A DNA stretch of 64,000 nt from Beijerinckiaceae bacterium (GTDB lineage Bacteria > Pseudomonadota > Alphaproteobacteria > Rhizobiales > Beijerinckiaceae): the NCBI GenBank assembly GCA_965277735.1, contig CBDIDO010000003.1:624250-688249 (forward strand), in the 5' to 3' direction. Shown piece after piece: positions 18,026 to 27,570 of the stretch. Position numbers and translations under genes: made by a program. The notes under the pieces are model-generated. The model saw only the letters and a program-made list of their open reading frames with translations, was not told where the DNA came from and made no database searches. Each line of letters opens with the position of its first letter. The stretch's first letter is position 1.

Positions 18026-19090
18026 ATGCTCGCGTACGTCGTCCGCCGCCTCGCCTTGATGCTCCCGACGATCCTCGGCATCCTCTTCTTCACGTTCCTG
18101 ATCATGCAGTACGCGCCGGGCGGCCCGGTCGAGCAGATCATCTCCAAGATCCAGGATGCGAGCAGCGGTGGTCCCGGCGGCGAGGCCGGCGGCGCCAGCC
18201 AGTCCGGCTCGCGCTATCGCGGCTCGGAGGGGCTCGATCCGGCCTTCAGGAAGGAGATCGAGAAGCAGTTCGGCTTCGACAAGCCGCCGGCCGCGAGATT
18301 CCTCAAGCTCGTCGAGGACTACGGGCAGTTCGACTTCGGACGGTCCTTCTTTTCGAAGGTGCCGGTCCTGGAGCTCATCAAGCAGAAGATGCCGGTGTCG
18401 ATCTCGCTCGGCCTCTGGATGACGCTGATCTCGTATCTCGTCTCGATCCCGCTCGGCATCCGCAAGGCGGTGTCGGACGGCTCGACCTTCGATGTCGCCT
18501 CGTCCTTCTTCGTCTCGATCGGCTTCGCGATCCCCGCCTTCCTGTGGGGCGTGCTGCTCGCCACGCTGTTCTGCGGCGCATACTTCCCGATCTTCCCTTT
18601 GCGCGGGCTGACGTCGGAGAATTTCGCGCAGCTCTCGATGCTCGGCAAGGTGAAGGACTATCTCTGGCACATCGCGATGCCGGTCACCGCGCTGACGCTC
18701 GGCTCGTTCGCGACGGTGACGGCGCTGACGAAGAATTCCTTCCTCGACGAGATCAACAAGGCCTACGTGCAGACCGCGCGGATGAAAGGCTTGACGCCGA
18801 ACCGCGTGCTCTACGGCCACGTCTTCCGCAATGCGATGATGATCGTGATCGCGGGCTTCCCCGGCGCCTTCGTCGGTGCGTTCTTCACAGGCGCGCTGGT
18901 CATCGAGATCATCTTCTCGCTCGACGGCCTCGGCCGGCTCTCCTACGACGCCGTCATCGCGCGCGACTATCCCATCGTCTTCGCCAACATCTACATCTTC
19001 GCGCTGTTCGGCCTCGTCGTGAACCTGATCTCCGATCTCACCTACACCTGGGTCGACCCGCGTATCGATTTCGAGCGCCGCGATGTCTGA
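18026..19090 (+). CDS. yejB: ABC transporter permease (YejB-like)
   Basis: 354 aa with DppB/OppB-type permease topology and an EAA-like loop (YVQTARMKGLTPNRVLYGHVFRNA). Confidence 0.85.
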   Translation: MLAYVVRRLALMLPTILGILFFTFLIMQYAPGGPVEQIISKIQDASSGGPGGEAGGASQSGSRYRGSEGLDPAFRKEIEKQFGFDKPPAARFLKLVEDYGQFDFGRSFFSKVPVLELIKQKMPVSISLGLWMTLISYLVSIPLGIRKAVSDGSTFDVASSFFVSIGFAIPAFLWGVLLATLFCGAYFPIFPLRGLTSENFAQLSMLGKVKDYLWHIAMPVTALTLGSFATVTALTKNSFLDEINKAYVQTARMKGLTPNRVLYGHVFRNAMMIVIAGFPGAFVGAFFTGALVIEIIFSLDGLGRLSYDAVIARDYPIVFANIYIFALFGLVVNLISDLTYTWVDPRIDFERRDV

Positions 19091-20267
19091 GACGGGCGCC
19101 CCGACAATCCGTGACGAGGTCGATGTCCCGCAGATCTCTCCGCGCGTGCCGGTCTCGCGGTTCCTGCGGCTGTCGCCGATCAACCAGCGCCGGCTCACGA
19201 TCTTCCGCCGGCACAAGCGCGGGTTCTGGTCGCTCTGCCTGTTCCTCGTCGTCTTCGGGATCTCGCTGTTCGCCGAGTTCATCGCCAACGACCGGCCGAT
19301 CCTCGCCTTTTACAAGGGCGAGCTGCTCGTCCCGCTGCTGGTGAATTATCCTGACGAGAAGTTCGGCGGCTTCACCGCCTATGCCGACTATCGGCTCAAG
19401 GACACCGCCGACGAGATCAACGCGCACGGCTGGATGCTTTGGCCGCCGATCCGCTTCTCCTTCGGCACGGTGAACTACGCTTCGGCGACGCCGGCGCCGA
19501 CGCCGCCGACCTGGACCTTGAGCAAGCAGCAATGCGAAACAGCCGGCGCGGCGCAGGCCAACGGCGCCGCGAACCGCGGCTGCGCCGGCATCGAGAAGAA
19601 TTGGCTCGGCACCGACGAGGTCGATCGCGACGTGCTCGCCCGCGTGATCTACGGCACGCGCGCCTCGATCCTTTTTGGCCTCGCGCTCACCTTCTTCTCC
19701 TCTATCGTCGGCGTCGCGGCGGGTGCGATCCAGGGCTATTTCGGCGGCTGGACGGACCTGTCGTTCCAGCGCTTCATCGAGGTCTGGTCATCGCTGCCGC
19801 AGCTCTACATCCTCATCATCATCTCGTCGTTCATCTCGCCCAGCATCCTCTCGCTGCTGGTGATCCTGTCGCTCTTCTCCTGGGTCAATCTCGTCTATGT
19901 CGTGCGCGCGGAATTCCTGCGCGCGCGCAATTTCGAGTACGTGCGGGCGGCCCGCGCGCTGGGGCTCTCGAACGCCACGATCATCGTGCGCCACGTGCTG
20001 CCGAACGCGATGGTCGCGACGCTGACGCTGCTGCCCTTCATCATGTCGGGCTCGGTCACCGCGCTCACCGCGCTCGACTTCCTCGGCCTCGGCCAGCCGC
20101 CCGGCTCCGCCTCGCTCGGCGAGCTTTTGGCGGAAGGCAAGAACCACCTCGAGGCGCCGTGGCTGGCGATCGCCGGTTTCGTCTCGACGGGCCTCATCCT
20201 CTCGCTCCTCGTCTTCATCGGCGAGGGCGTCCGCGACGCCTTCGACCCCCGCAAGACGCTGGCGTGA
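19083..20267 (+). CDS. yejE: ABC transporter permease (YejE-like)
   Basis: 394 aa DppC/OppC-type permease (YVRAARALGLSNATIIVRHVLPNA). Overlaps yejB by 8 nt. Confidence 0.85.
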   Translation: MSETGAPTIRDEVDVPQISPRVPVSRFLRLSPINQRRLTIFRRHKRGFWSLCLFLVVFGISLFAEFIANDRPILAFYKGELLVPLLVNYPDEKFGGFTAYADYRLKDTADEINAHGWMLWPPIRFSFGTVNYASATPAPTPPTWTLSKQQCETAGAAQANGAANRGCAGIEKNWLGTDEVDRDVLARVIYGTRASILFGLALTFFSSIVGVAAGAIQGYFGGWTDLSFQRFIEVWSSLPQLYILIIISSFISPSILSLLVILSLFSWVNLVYVVRAEFLRARNFEYVRAARALGLSNATIIVRHVLPNAMVATLTLLPFIMSGSVTALTALDFLGLGQPPGSASLGELLAEGKNHLEAPWLAIAGFVSTGLILSLLVFIGEGVRDAFDPRKTLA

Positions 20268-20279
20268 GGAGCGCCCAGC

Positions 20280-21902
20280 GTGCCTGACACCCCCCTCCTC
20301 GACATCCGCGATCTCTCGATCGCCTTCCCCGTCGCGCGTGACGCCAGGGCGGTCGACGGCATCTCGCTTCAGCTCGAAAAGGGTCGCACGCTGGCGATCG
20401 TCGGCGAGTCCGGCTCGGGCAAGTCGGTCACCGCGTTGTCGATCCCCGGCCTTCTGCCCGGCGGCACGCGCGTCGAGGGCAAGATCGTTTTCGCCGGCGA
20501 GGACATCACAAACGCCACCGAGCAGCGCCTGCGCGGCCTTCGCGGCCGGGCGATCACGATGGTTTTTCAAGAGCCGATGACCTCGCTCAATCCGCTGCAC
20601 GCGATCGAGCGGCAGATCGGCGAGATCCTCGAGGTGCACGGCATGCGCGGGCAGGCCAAGCGCCGCGCGCGGACGCTCGAGCTGCTGACCGAGGTCGGCC
20701 TGCGCGATCCCGAGAGCCGGCTCAACGCCTATCCTCACCAGCTCTCCGGCGGCCAGCGCCAGCGCGTGATGATCGCGATGGCGCTGGCCAATCGCCCCGA
20801 CCTTCTCATCGCCGACGAGCCGACGACGGCGCTCGACGTCACCGTGCAGGCGCAGATCCTCGCGCTGCTGAAGGACCTGCAGGGCAAGCACGGCATGGCG
20901 ATGCTGTTCATCACGCACGACCTCGGCATCGTGCGCCGCCTCGCCGACGATGTCGCAGTCATGCAGAAGGGCAAGATCGTCGAGCAAGGGCCGGTGTCGC
21001 GGATCTTCGCCTCGCCGCAGCACGCCTACACGAAGATGCTGCTCGCCGCCGAGCCGAAAGGCCTCGCGCCGCCGCTCGACCTCGCCGCGAAGCCGATCGT
21101 CGCGGTCGACGACGTGCGCGTGCATTTCCCGATCCGCAAGGGTGTGATGCGACGTACCGTCGGGGCGGTGAAGGCGGTCGACGGCATCTCGCTAACGGTC
21201 CGCGAGGGCCAGACGGTCGGCGTCGTCGGCGAGTCGGGCTCGGGCAAAACGACCCTTGGCCTGGCCATCCTGCGGCTCATCTCGTCGCGCGGGCGCATCG
21301 CCTATCTCGGCAAGCCGATCGACACGCTGGGCTTCGCCGCCATGCGCCCGCTGCGGCGCGACATGCAGATCGTCTTCCAGGACCCCTACGGGTCGCTGTC
21401 GCCGCGCATGACGATCGCCGACATCATCGGCGAGGGTCTCACCATTCATCGGCGTGACCTGCAGGCGCGGGAGCGGCGTGAGATCGTCGCAGGGGCGCTC
21501 GCCGAGACGGGCCTCGATCCGGCGACGATGGATCGCTACCCGCACGAGTTCTCCGGCGGCCAGCGCCAGCGCATCGCGATCGCCCGCGCGATGGTGCTTG
21601 AGCCGCGCTTTGTCGTGCTCGACGAGCCGACCTCAGCACTTGATATGTCGGTGCAGGCGCAGATCGTCGATCTGCTGCGCGATCTGCAGGCAAAGCGCGG
21701 GCTCGCCTACCTCTTCATCTCGCACGATCTCAAGGTCGTACGGGCGCTGGCGAGCAACATCGTCGTCATGCGCGAGGGCAAGGTCGTCGAGGCCGGACCC
21801 GCGACGGAGGTTTTCGCGGCACCGCGCGACGCCTACACCCAGGCGCTCTTCGCGGCCGCGTTCCGCACCCAGGTGGCCGGCGAGGCTGTGGTCTCGCAGT
21901 AG
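20280..21902 (+). CDS. yejF: ABC transporter ATP-binding protein with duplicated ATPase domains (YejF-like)
   Basis: 540 aa with two Walker A motifs (GESGSGKS, twice) and two signatures ([16 protein letters not shown]). GTG start. Confidence 0.9.
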   Translation: MPDTPLLDIRDLSIAFPVARDARAVDGISLQLEKGRTLAIVGESGSGKSVTALSIPGLLPGGTRVEGKIVFAGEDITNATEQRLRGLRGRAITMVFQEPMTSLNPLHAIERQIGEILEVHGMRGQAKRRARTLELLTEVGLRDPESRLNAYPHQLSGGQRQRVMIAMALANRPDLLIADEPTTALDVTVQAQILALLKDLQGKHGMAMLFITHDLGIVRRLADDVAVMQKGKIVEQGPVSRIFASPQHAYTKMLLAAEPKGLAPPLDLAAKPIVAVDDVRVHFPIRKGVMRRTVGAVKAVDGISLTVREGQTVGVVGESGSGKTTLGLAILRLISSRGRIAYLGKPIDTLGFAAMRPLRRDMQIVFQDPYGSLSPRMTIADIIGEGLTIHRRDLQARERREIVAGALAETGLDPATMDRYPHEFSGGQRQRIAIARAMVLEPRFVVLDEPTSALDMSVQAQIVDLLRDLQAKRGLAYLFISHDLKVVRALASNIVVMREGKVVEAGPATEVFAAPRDAYTQALFAAAFRTQVAGEAVVSQ

Positions 21903-22036
21903 AGGCTTTGGTCTCGCAAGAGCGGCATAAACGCACTTGGACTTATTCCAGTTGCGATGTGCGCCATCCCCCAATCGACGGCATGAACCGTGCGTGCATG
22001 ATCCGAGTTCGAGCGGATGCTGGAGGGATAAAACGC

Positions 22037-22261
22037 ATGGTTGTAACGGAGGCAGATGTCGCGCGGCTCGTCGGGACGGTTGGGCCGCTCCTGATGCACG
22101 AATTCGTGCGAACGGGCGCTTCTGTGGGCGAGCTTCGTCGCGCTCTCTCGATTGCCGGATCCTCGTCCGGCGCACAAAGGAAACTGTCGCCGCGGATGCG
22201 CCGGCTAGTCGACCTGCTCAGCGCAGTCGGGCCGAGCCTCGAAGCCGGGACCGCCGCCTGA
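22037..22261 (+). CDS. hypothetical small protein (74 aa)
   Basis: The ATG at 22037 is preceded by GGAGGGA in a locally low-GC spacer. The stop abuts the convergent OMF gene stop. No family recognised. Confidence 0.35.
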   Translation: MVVTEADVARLVGTVGPLLMHEFVRTGASVGELRRALSIAGSSSGAQRKLSPRMRRLVDLLSAVGPSLEAGTAA

Positions 22262-23908
22262 TCAGTGCGCGTCGGGGATGAGCGTGGGCGCAGCGACGGC
22301 CGGCATTCCCGGCAGCGCGGCGAGCGACGGCACCGGCGCGGCTGACGCAGTGAGCACCGGCGGCGCGATGGCGCGCGCGTCGGGATAGGTTTCCTCCCAA
22401 CCACCACCCAGCGCCTTGAACAGCGCAATCAGGTCGATCGAGACGTTGGTCTGGCTCTGCGCCAGCTGTTGCTCGGCGGAGAGCACGGTCTGCGCGTCGG
22501 TGAGCAGCGTCGTGATGTCAGCCACGCCTTGCTCGTAGCGCGAGCGCGCCAGCACCAGCGCCTGCTTGGCATGCTCGGTTTGCGCCTTCAGGTGCTCGCG
22601 GCGCACCTGCTCGGTCTTGTAGGCGGTCAGCGTGTTGACGATGTCGTGCCAGGCCGAGAGCACGGCCTTGTGGTAGGCGACGGCCGCCTCCTGCTGCGCC
22701 TTCTCCTGCATCACGAGGTTGGCCTTCAGCTTGCCGCCCTCGAAGATCGGCAGCGTCACCGAGGGGCCGACATTCATGTATTGCAGCGACGAGCCCTTGA
22801 AGATGTTGCGTGGCTCGAGCGCCTGCAGCGTCGGGCTGCCGTTGAGCGTGACGGTCGGATAGAACTCGGCGATCGCGACACCGATATTGGCGGTGGCGGC
22901 GTGGAGCTGCGCTTCCGCCATGCGGATGTCGGGGCGGCGTCGCGCCAGCTCGGACGGCAGGCCGACCGGGATGCGCGGCGGGCTCGGCGGGATGGCGCGG
23001 ACGCCGACGAGCTCGCCGGAAAGGCCGAGCGGCGGCTCGTCCAGCAGCAGGCTGATCGCGTTGATGCCTTGCACGACCTGCGTCTGCAGCGTCGGAACCT
23101 GTGCCTTGACCGACTCGACCTGCGCCGCAGCGCTCTCGGTGTCGAGCCCCGTGACGAGGCCCTTCTCCATCCGCGTGCGCGTGACCGCGAGGATCTCCTC
23201 CTCGACCTTGATATTGTCTTGCGCGATCTTGATCTGCGCCTGCGTGCCGCGCAGGTTGACGTAGTCGCGCGCGAGCTCGGCAAGGCTCGAGACCAGCGTG
23301 TCGCGGCGCATCTCGGCGTTTGCCACGAGCTGCGCGTCCGCCGCTTCGACTTGGCGGGCGACATGGCCCCACAGGTCGATCTCCCACGAGGCGTCGAACC
23401 CGACGGTGTAGTTGTTGAAGCCGCTTGTGATGTGGTTCCCGCCTTGGGAAATCCCGCTCAGGGCGCCCTGGTACTGCTGGGGGACCTGTGTCGAGCCGAG
23501 GCCGTTCAGAGGTATCAGCGAGATCAGGCCGTTCTTGCTGAAGGCCTCGTGATAGTCGGAGGCGTTGCCGCCCAGCGTCGGCAGTTCGGCCGCCGCTGTC
23601 GAAGCGCGTTGCGCGCGGCTTTCGGCGAGCCGCAGCGTCGCGGTCTTGACGTCGAGGTTCTGGTCGGCGACGCGCGCCTCGAGCCGTGACAATTCCGCGT
23701 CGTGGAACGTGTGCCACCATTGCACGTCGGTCGGGGCGCCGGTGGCGCCGGAGAGGATCTTTACCGGCGACGCGGTCGACTTGCCCGTGTCGAGGAAATT
23801 GCCGCTTGCCGCCGTGACCGGCACGGGCGGCGCGAAGTTCGGCCCGACGCAGCCAGCGAGCAAGGCCAGCGCGCATGTCGCCAGCGTCACGCGTCTCACT
23901 CGTGTCAT
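22262..23908 (-). CDS. efflux transporter outer membrane factor lipoprotein (NodT family)
   Basis: Lipobox LALLAGC after MTRVRRVTLATCA. Two OEP-type repeats. It is the last gene of the HlyD-MFS-OMF operon. I chose the ATG at 23908. Confidence 0.9.
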   Translation of the reverse strand: MTRVRRVTLATCALALLAGCVGPNFAPPVPVTAASGNFLDTGKSTASPVKILSGATGAPTDVQWWHTFHDAELSRLEARVADQNLDVKTATLRLAESRAQRASTAAAELPTLGGNASDYHEAFSKNGLISLIPLNGLGSTQVPQQYQGALSGISQGGNHITSGFNNYTVGFDASWEIDLWGHVARQVEAADAQLVANAEMRRDTLVSSLAELARDYVNLRGTQAQIKIAQDNIKVEEEILAVTRTRMEKGLVTGLDTESAAAQVESVKAQVPTLQTQVVQGINAISLLLDEPPLGLSGELVGVRAIPPSPPRIPVGLPSELARRRPDIRMAEAQLHAATANIGVAIAEFYPTVTLNGSPTLQALEPRNIFKGSSLQYMNVGPSVTLPIFEGGKLKANLVMQEKAQQEAAVAYHKAVLSAWHDIVNTLTAYKTEQVRREHLKAQTEHAKQALVLARSRYEQGVADITTLLTDAQTVLSAEQQLAQSQTNVSIDLIALFKALGGGWEETYPDARAIAPPVLTASAAPVPSLAALPGMPAVAAPTLIPDAH

Positions 23909-23909
23909 G

Positions 23910-25559
23910 TTAGTGACCGCCACCACCGCCACCAGATGCCGTTTTTTTCGAGATCAGAAAACAGAACGGCACGACCAAAAAAGCAATCACGGAGGCGTAC
24001 ATGAAGACGTTGGCGTACGCTAAAGTCGCCGCCTGTTTCATATATGTCTGATAGAGCTGGCTCGTCGCGACGGTTTCCACCGTCGAAGGCGCACGGCCGA
24101 GCGCCGTGATCGTCGCTTCTGCCTTCTGAAGGTACTCATTGTAGCCCGCATGCAGTGGCGTCATGAACTGCTGCAGGTTGGCCTGGTCGATCTGTGTGCG
24201 CTCGGTGACCATCGCACTCGAAAGCGAGATGCCGATCGAGCCGAAGACGTTACGGAACATCGAGAAGATCGCGGCGCCGTCACTACGATAACGCAACGGC
24301 AGCGTCAGATAGGCGATCTGCGAGATCGGCACGAACAGGAAGCCCAGCGCCGCCGTCTGCGCGCTGCGCATGAACACCAGCGTCTTGAAGTCGATATTGG
24401 GAACGAGGCCGCCGGAGTAGAACAGCGCGCAGCCCATCAGGAAGAAACCGAACATCACGATGTAGCGCGTCTGGATGCGGGTCATCAGTTGGCCGACGAT
24501 CGGGATCAGCACGATGACGACGATGCCGCCAGGTGACAGGATCAGTCCAGAGATCGTGGCCGTATAGCCGAGCTCGGTTTGTGCGTATTGCGGGATGAGG
24601 ACGGAGCTCGCATAGAGGATCGCGCCCATCGCGCCGATGAAGACGCAGCCGAGTGCAAAGTTCTTGTCCTTGAAGATGTCGAGGTTGACGATCGGCTTCT
24701 TGGCTGTGAGCAGCCAGACGATCGCGCCGCCAATGCCGAGGAAGGCGAGGAGCGCGAGCACGCGGATCACCGGCGAGCCGAACCAGTCCCAGTCCTCGCC
24801 CTTGTCGATCATCACCTGCAGGCAGCCGAGCCCGACCGAGATCAGCGACAGGCCGATGTAGTCGATGCCGCGGGTCTTGCGCTTCTGCTTCGCCTTCTCC
24901 CACGGCGGATCCTCGACGAGGATGAAGTTGACGACCACCGCGAAGATGCCGACGGGTACGTTGACGAAGAAGATCCAGCGCCAGGAATAGGTGTCGGTGA
25001 TCCAGCCGCCGAGCGTCGGGCCGAGCACCGGCGCGACGATCGTCGCGATCGCGGTGAGGCCGAAGGCGGCGCCGCGCTTCTCGGGCGGGAACGTGTCGAG
25101 GATGATCGCCTGCTGGTTCGGCTGCAGGCCGCCGCCGAAGAAACCCTGGAAAGCGCGGAAGATGATGAGCTGCGGCAGCGTCGTCGCGACCCCGCACAGG
25201 AACGAGAACACCGTGAACATGCCGAGGCAGATCAGGAAATAACGTTTGCGCCCGATCGTGTCCGACATCCAGCCGGAGACGGTGAGCACGATGCCGTTGG
25301 CGGTGAGATAGGCCGTCAGCGCGTAGGTCGCCTCGTCGTTCGAGGCGGCGAGCGAGCCGGCGATATGCGGCAGCGCGACGTTGACGATCGTCGTGTCGAG
25401 AATCTCCATAAACGCCGCAAGCGTTACGGAGACCGCGATCAGCCAGGGATTGAACGACGGCTTCCAGTTGGAATGCTCGGCGTCCTCGTTGCCGGCAGGC
25501 TTGCCGCCCTTCTTTTGCGGCTTGCCGTTCGACGAGGCCTTGCCGCGAGCGTCGCTCAT
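23910..25559 (-). CDS. MFS drug efflux transporter, DHA2 (EmrB/QacA) family
   Basis: 549 aa from the ATG at 25559 (ATGA overlap with the HlyD stop). Multi-TM protein with MEILDTTIVNVALPHIAGSL, typical of 14-TMS DHA2 pumps. Confidence 0.9.
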   Translation of the reverse strand: MSDARGKASSNGKPQKKGGKPAGNEDAEHSNWKPSFNPWLIAVSVTLAAFMEILDTTIVNVALPHIAGSLAASNDEATYALTAYLTANGIVLTVSGWMSDTIGRKRYFLICLGMFTVFSFLCGVATTLPQLIIFRAFQGFFGGGLQPNQQAIILDTFPPEKRGAAFGLTAIATIVAPVLGPTLGGWITDTYSWRWIFFVNVPVGIFAVVVNFILVEDPPWEKAKQKRKTRGIDYIGLSLISVGLGCLQVMIDKGEDWDWFGSPVIRVLALLAFLGIGGAIVWLLTAKKPIVNLDIFKDKNFALGCVFIGAMGAILYASSVLIPQYAQTELGYTATISGLILSPGGIVVIVLIPIVGQLMTRIQTRYIVMFGFFLMGCALFYSGGLVPNIDFKTLVFMRSAQTAALGFLFVPISQIAYLTLPLRYRSDGAAIFSMFRNVFGSIGISLSSAMVTERTQIDQANLQQFMTPLHAGYNEYLQKAEATITALGRAPSTVETVATSQLYQTYMKQAATLAYANVFMYASVIAFLVVPFCFLISKKTASGGGGGGH

Positions 25560-26782
25560 CTCACCGTGACCGTCGGCTCGACGGAGAGACCGAGCGGCAG
25601 CGGCAGCGTTGGATCGAGGCCGGAATCGATGACGATCTTCACCGGCACGCGCTGCACGATCTTCACGAAGTTGCCGGTCGCGTTCTCGGCCGGGAAGGCG
25701 GAGAACTTCGAGCCGGAGCCGAGCTGGATCGAGTCGACGTGGCCTTGCAGGTCGAGGCTCGGATAGGCGTCGACCGTGATCTTCACCGCCTGGCCCGGCC
25801 GCATCAGGTTGAGCTGCGTCTCCTTGAAGTTCGCGGTGACCCAAACCTCAGGCGAGACGATGTTGAAGATCTGCTGTCCGACCTGGACGTAATTGCCCAT
25901 CTCGACGTTGCGCCGCGTGATCCAGCCGTCCTGCGGCGCGCGCACGACCGTGTAGGCGAGGTTGAGGTTTGCCTGGGCGAGGTTGGCGCGGGCCGTCTCG
26001 ACCGTGCCCGACAGGTTGCGCTGCTGCGCCTCGCTCTGGCCGATGCTCTGCTTGACGGGCTGCGCCTGGACGACGCGCGCCTGGTCGAGCAGCACCTGCG
26101 CCTGCGCCTGCTGCAGATTCGATGTCGCCGCGTCGACCTCCTGCTGCGTCGTCGCCTGGCGCGGCAGGCTCTTCTGGCGCTCGAAATCGGCCTTGCGCTG
26201 GACGAGCGTCGCATTGGCCGCATCGAGATTGGCCTGTGCGACCTGGAGCGCCGCGGGGAAGTTCTTCATCGCAATCTCGACGCCGAGCTTCTGGCCCTCG
26301 AGCTGTGCCACGGCGGTGTCGAGCTGGCCCTGCGACGTGTCGCGCGAGTTCACGAATTGGCGAGGATCGATGTGGATGAGCGCCTGGCCCTTGCGCACGA
26401 ACTGGTTGTCGGTGACGTCGAGGGAGACGACGCGACCGGCGACGCGCGGTGCGATCTGGACCGCGCGGCCGTCGGTGTAGGCGTCGTCGGTATCCTCGGT
26501 GTTGAGGCCCGAGAGCCACCAGTAGATGCCGCCGAGCGCGAGGAGAATGACGACGATGATCGCGACGAAGAAGACCTTCGGCCGGCGCTTCTTGCGGGTT
26601 TCCTGGTCGGCGCGGTCCTGCTCGTCGGCGGCGTCCTCGCCGTCGTGCGATTCCTCGTCCTCGGGCTCATCGTGGCGGGGCTGCTCCTCCTGCGGAGTCT
26701 CGCGTCGCTCGGGCGCGTCGCCCGGAGGGGCATCGTGCCGTTCGGCGAGGCGTGTCTCGAAGTCTGACTCGCTGCGCGTCAT
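25556..26782 (-). CDS. HlyD-family membrane fusion protein (EmrA-like) with a long acidic N-terminal extension
   Basis: 408 aa. A single TM (FFVAIIVVILLALGGIYWWL), a coiled-coil hairpin region and a C-terminal beta-barrel motif (GNFVKIVQRVPVKI). Confidence 0.9.
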   Translation of the reverse strand: MTRSESDFETRLAERHDAPPGDAPERRETPQEEQPRHDEPEDEESHDGEDAADEQDRADQETRKKRRPKVFFVAIIVVILLALGGIYWWLSGLNTEDTDDAYTDGRAVQIAPRVAGRVVSLDVTDNQFVRKGQALIHIDPRQFVNSRDTSQGQLDTAVAQLEGQKLGVEIAMKNFPAALQVAQANLDAANATLVQRKADFERQKSLPRQATTQQEVDAATSNLQQAQAQVLLDQARVVQAQPVKQSIGQSEAQQRNLSGTVETARANLAQANLNLAYTVVRAPQDGWITRRNVEMGNYVQVGQQIFNIVSPEVWVTANFKETQLNLMRPGQAVKITVDAYPSLDLQGHVDSIQLGSGSKFSAFPAENATGNFVKIVQRVPVKIVIDSGLDPTLPLPLGLSVEPTVTVR

Positions 26783-26835
26783 GAATCATCCGGCCTTCGT
26801 CGAAGAGCCCGGGTTTGGTGGTTGCGACACAGCCC

Positions 26836-26877
26836 GACAAATGATTGTCTGCGTATCTAACCGAACCCGTCGGTTCG
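26836..26877. promoter_or_regulatory. two short palindromes in the TetR/efflux divergent promoter region (candidate TetR operators)
   Basis: GACAA-ATGA-TTGTC (26836-26849) and CGAACC-CGTC-GGTTCG (26862-26877), read directly. They lie between the divergent HlyD and TetR starts. Confidence 0.35.
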
Positions 26878-26895
26878 CTTATTAAAGGGTTCTTC

Positions 26896-27570
26896 ATGGT
26901 CGCGTCAACCGCACGGCCGCCCCTCTGTGGCGGCGATCAGCCCGTCCCGCGCGGCGAACGCCGCCGGCTCGAGATCGCCGCCGTGGCCGAGCAGGTGTTC
27001 TTCGAGAACGGGTTCACCGACGCGACCATGCAGTCGATCGCCGTGCGCGCCGGCGCCTCGAAGGAGACGCTGTATCGCCATTTCGGCAGCAAGGAAGAGC
27101 TGTTCGCCGAGATCGTCGACACGCGCGCCCGCAGCTTCCTCGACAGCCTCGACGAGAATTTTTCGGGGCCGGGCTCGGTGGCCCAGATCCTGTCCGGTGT
27201 CGGCAAGCGGGCGATCGAGATGCTGTTCGACCCTCTGGCGATCAAGCTCTGTCGCACCGTCATCTCCGAGAGCCCGCGCAACCCGGCGCTCGGCCGCATC
27301 TTCCTCGAGGAAGGGCCTTATCGCGTTCGCCGCGGCCTGACGGATTTTCTCACCTGCGCGACGGCGCGAGGCGATCTCGATTGTCCCGATCCGGCCTTGG
27401 CGGCGGTTCTGTTCATCGGCCTCGTCATGGCCTCGCTCCACCTCGACCGGCTCGTGCTCATTCCGCCGCCGCGGATGACGGACGAGGAAGCGCGCATCCA
27501 TGTCGACGAGTCGGTCGCGGTCTTCCTGGCGCGCTACGCGCCGCGTCGCGAGGCATCCAGCGCGAGCTGA
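26896..27570 (+). CDS. TetR/AcrR family transcriptional regulator
   Basis: 224 aa. N-terminal HTH (RRRLEIAAVAEQVFFENGFTDATMQSIAVRAGASKETLYRHFGSKEELF). Divergent from the efflux operon. Confidence 0.85.
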   Translation: MVASTARPPLCGGDQPVPRGERRRLEIAAVAEQVFFENGFTDATMQSIAVRAGASKETLYRHFGSKEELFAEIVDTRARSFLDSLDENFSGPGSVAQILSGVGKRAIEMLFDPLAIKLCRTVISESPRNPALGRIFLEEGPYRVRRGLTDFLTCATARGDLDCPDPALAAVLFIGLVMASLHLDRLVLIPPPRMTDEEARIHVDESVAVFLARYAPRREASSAS

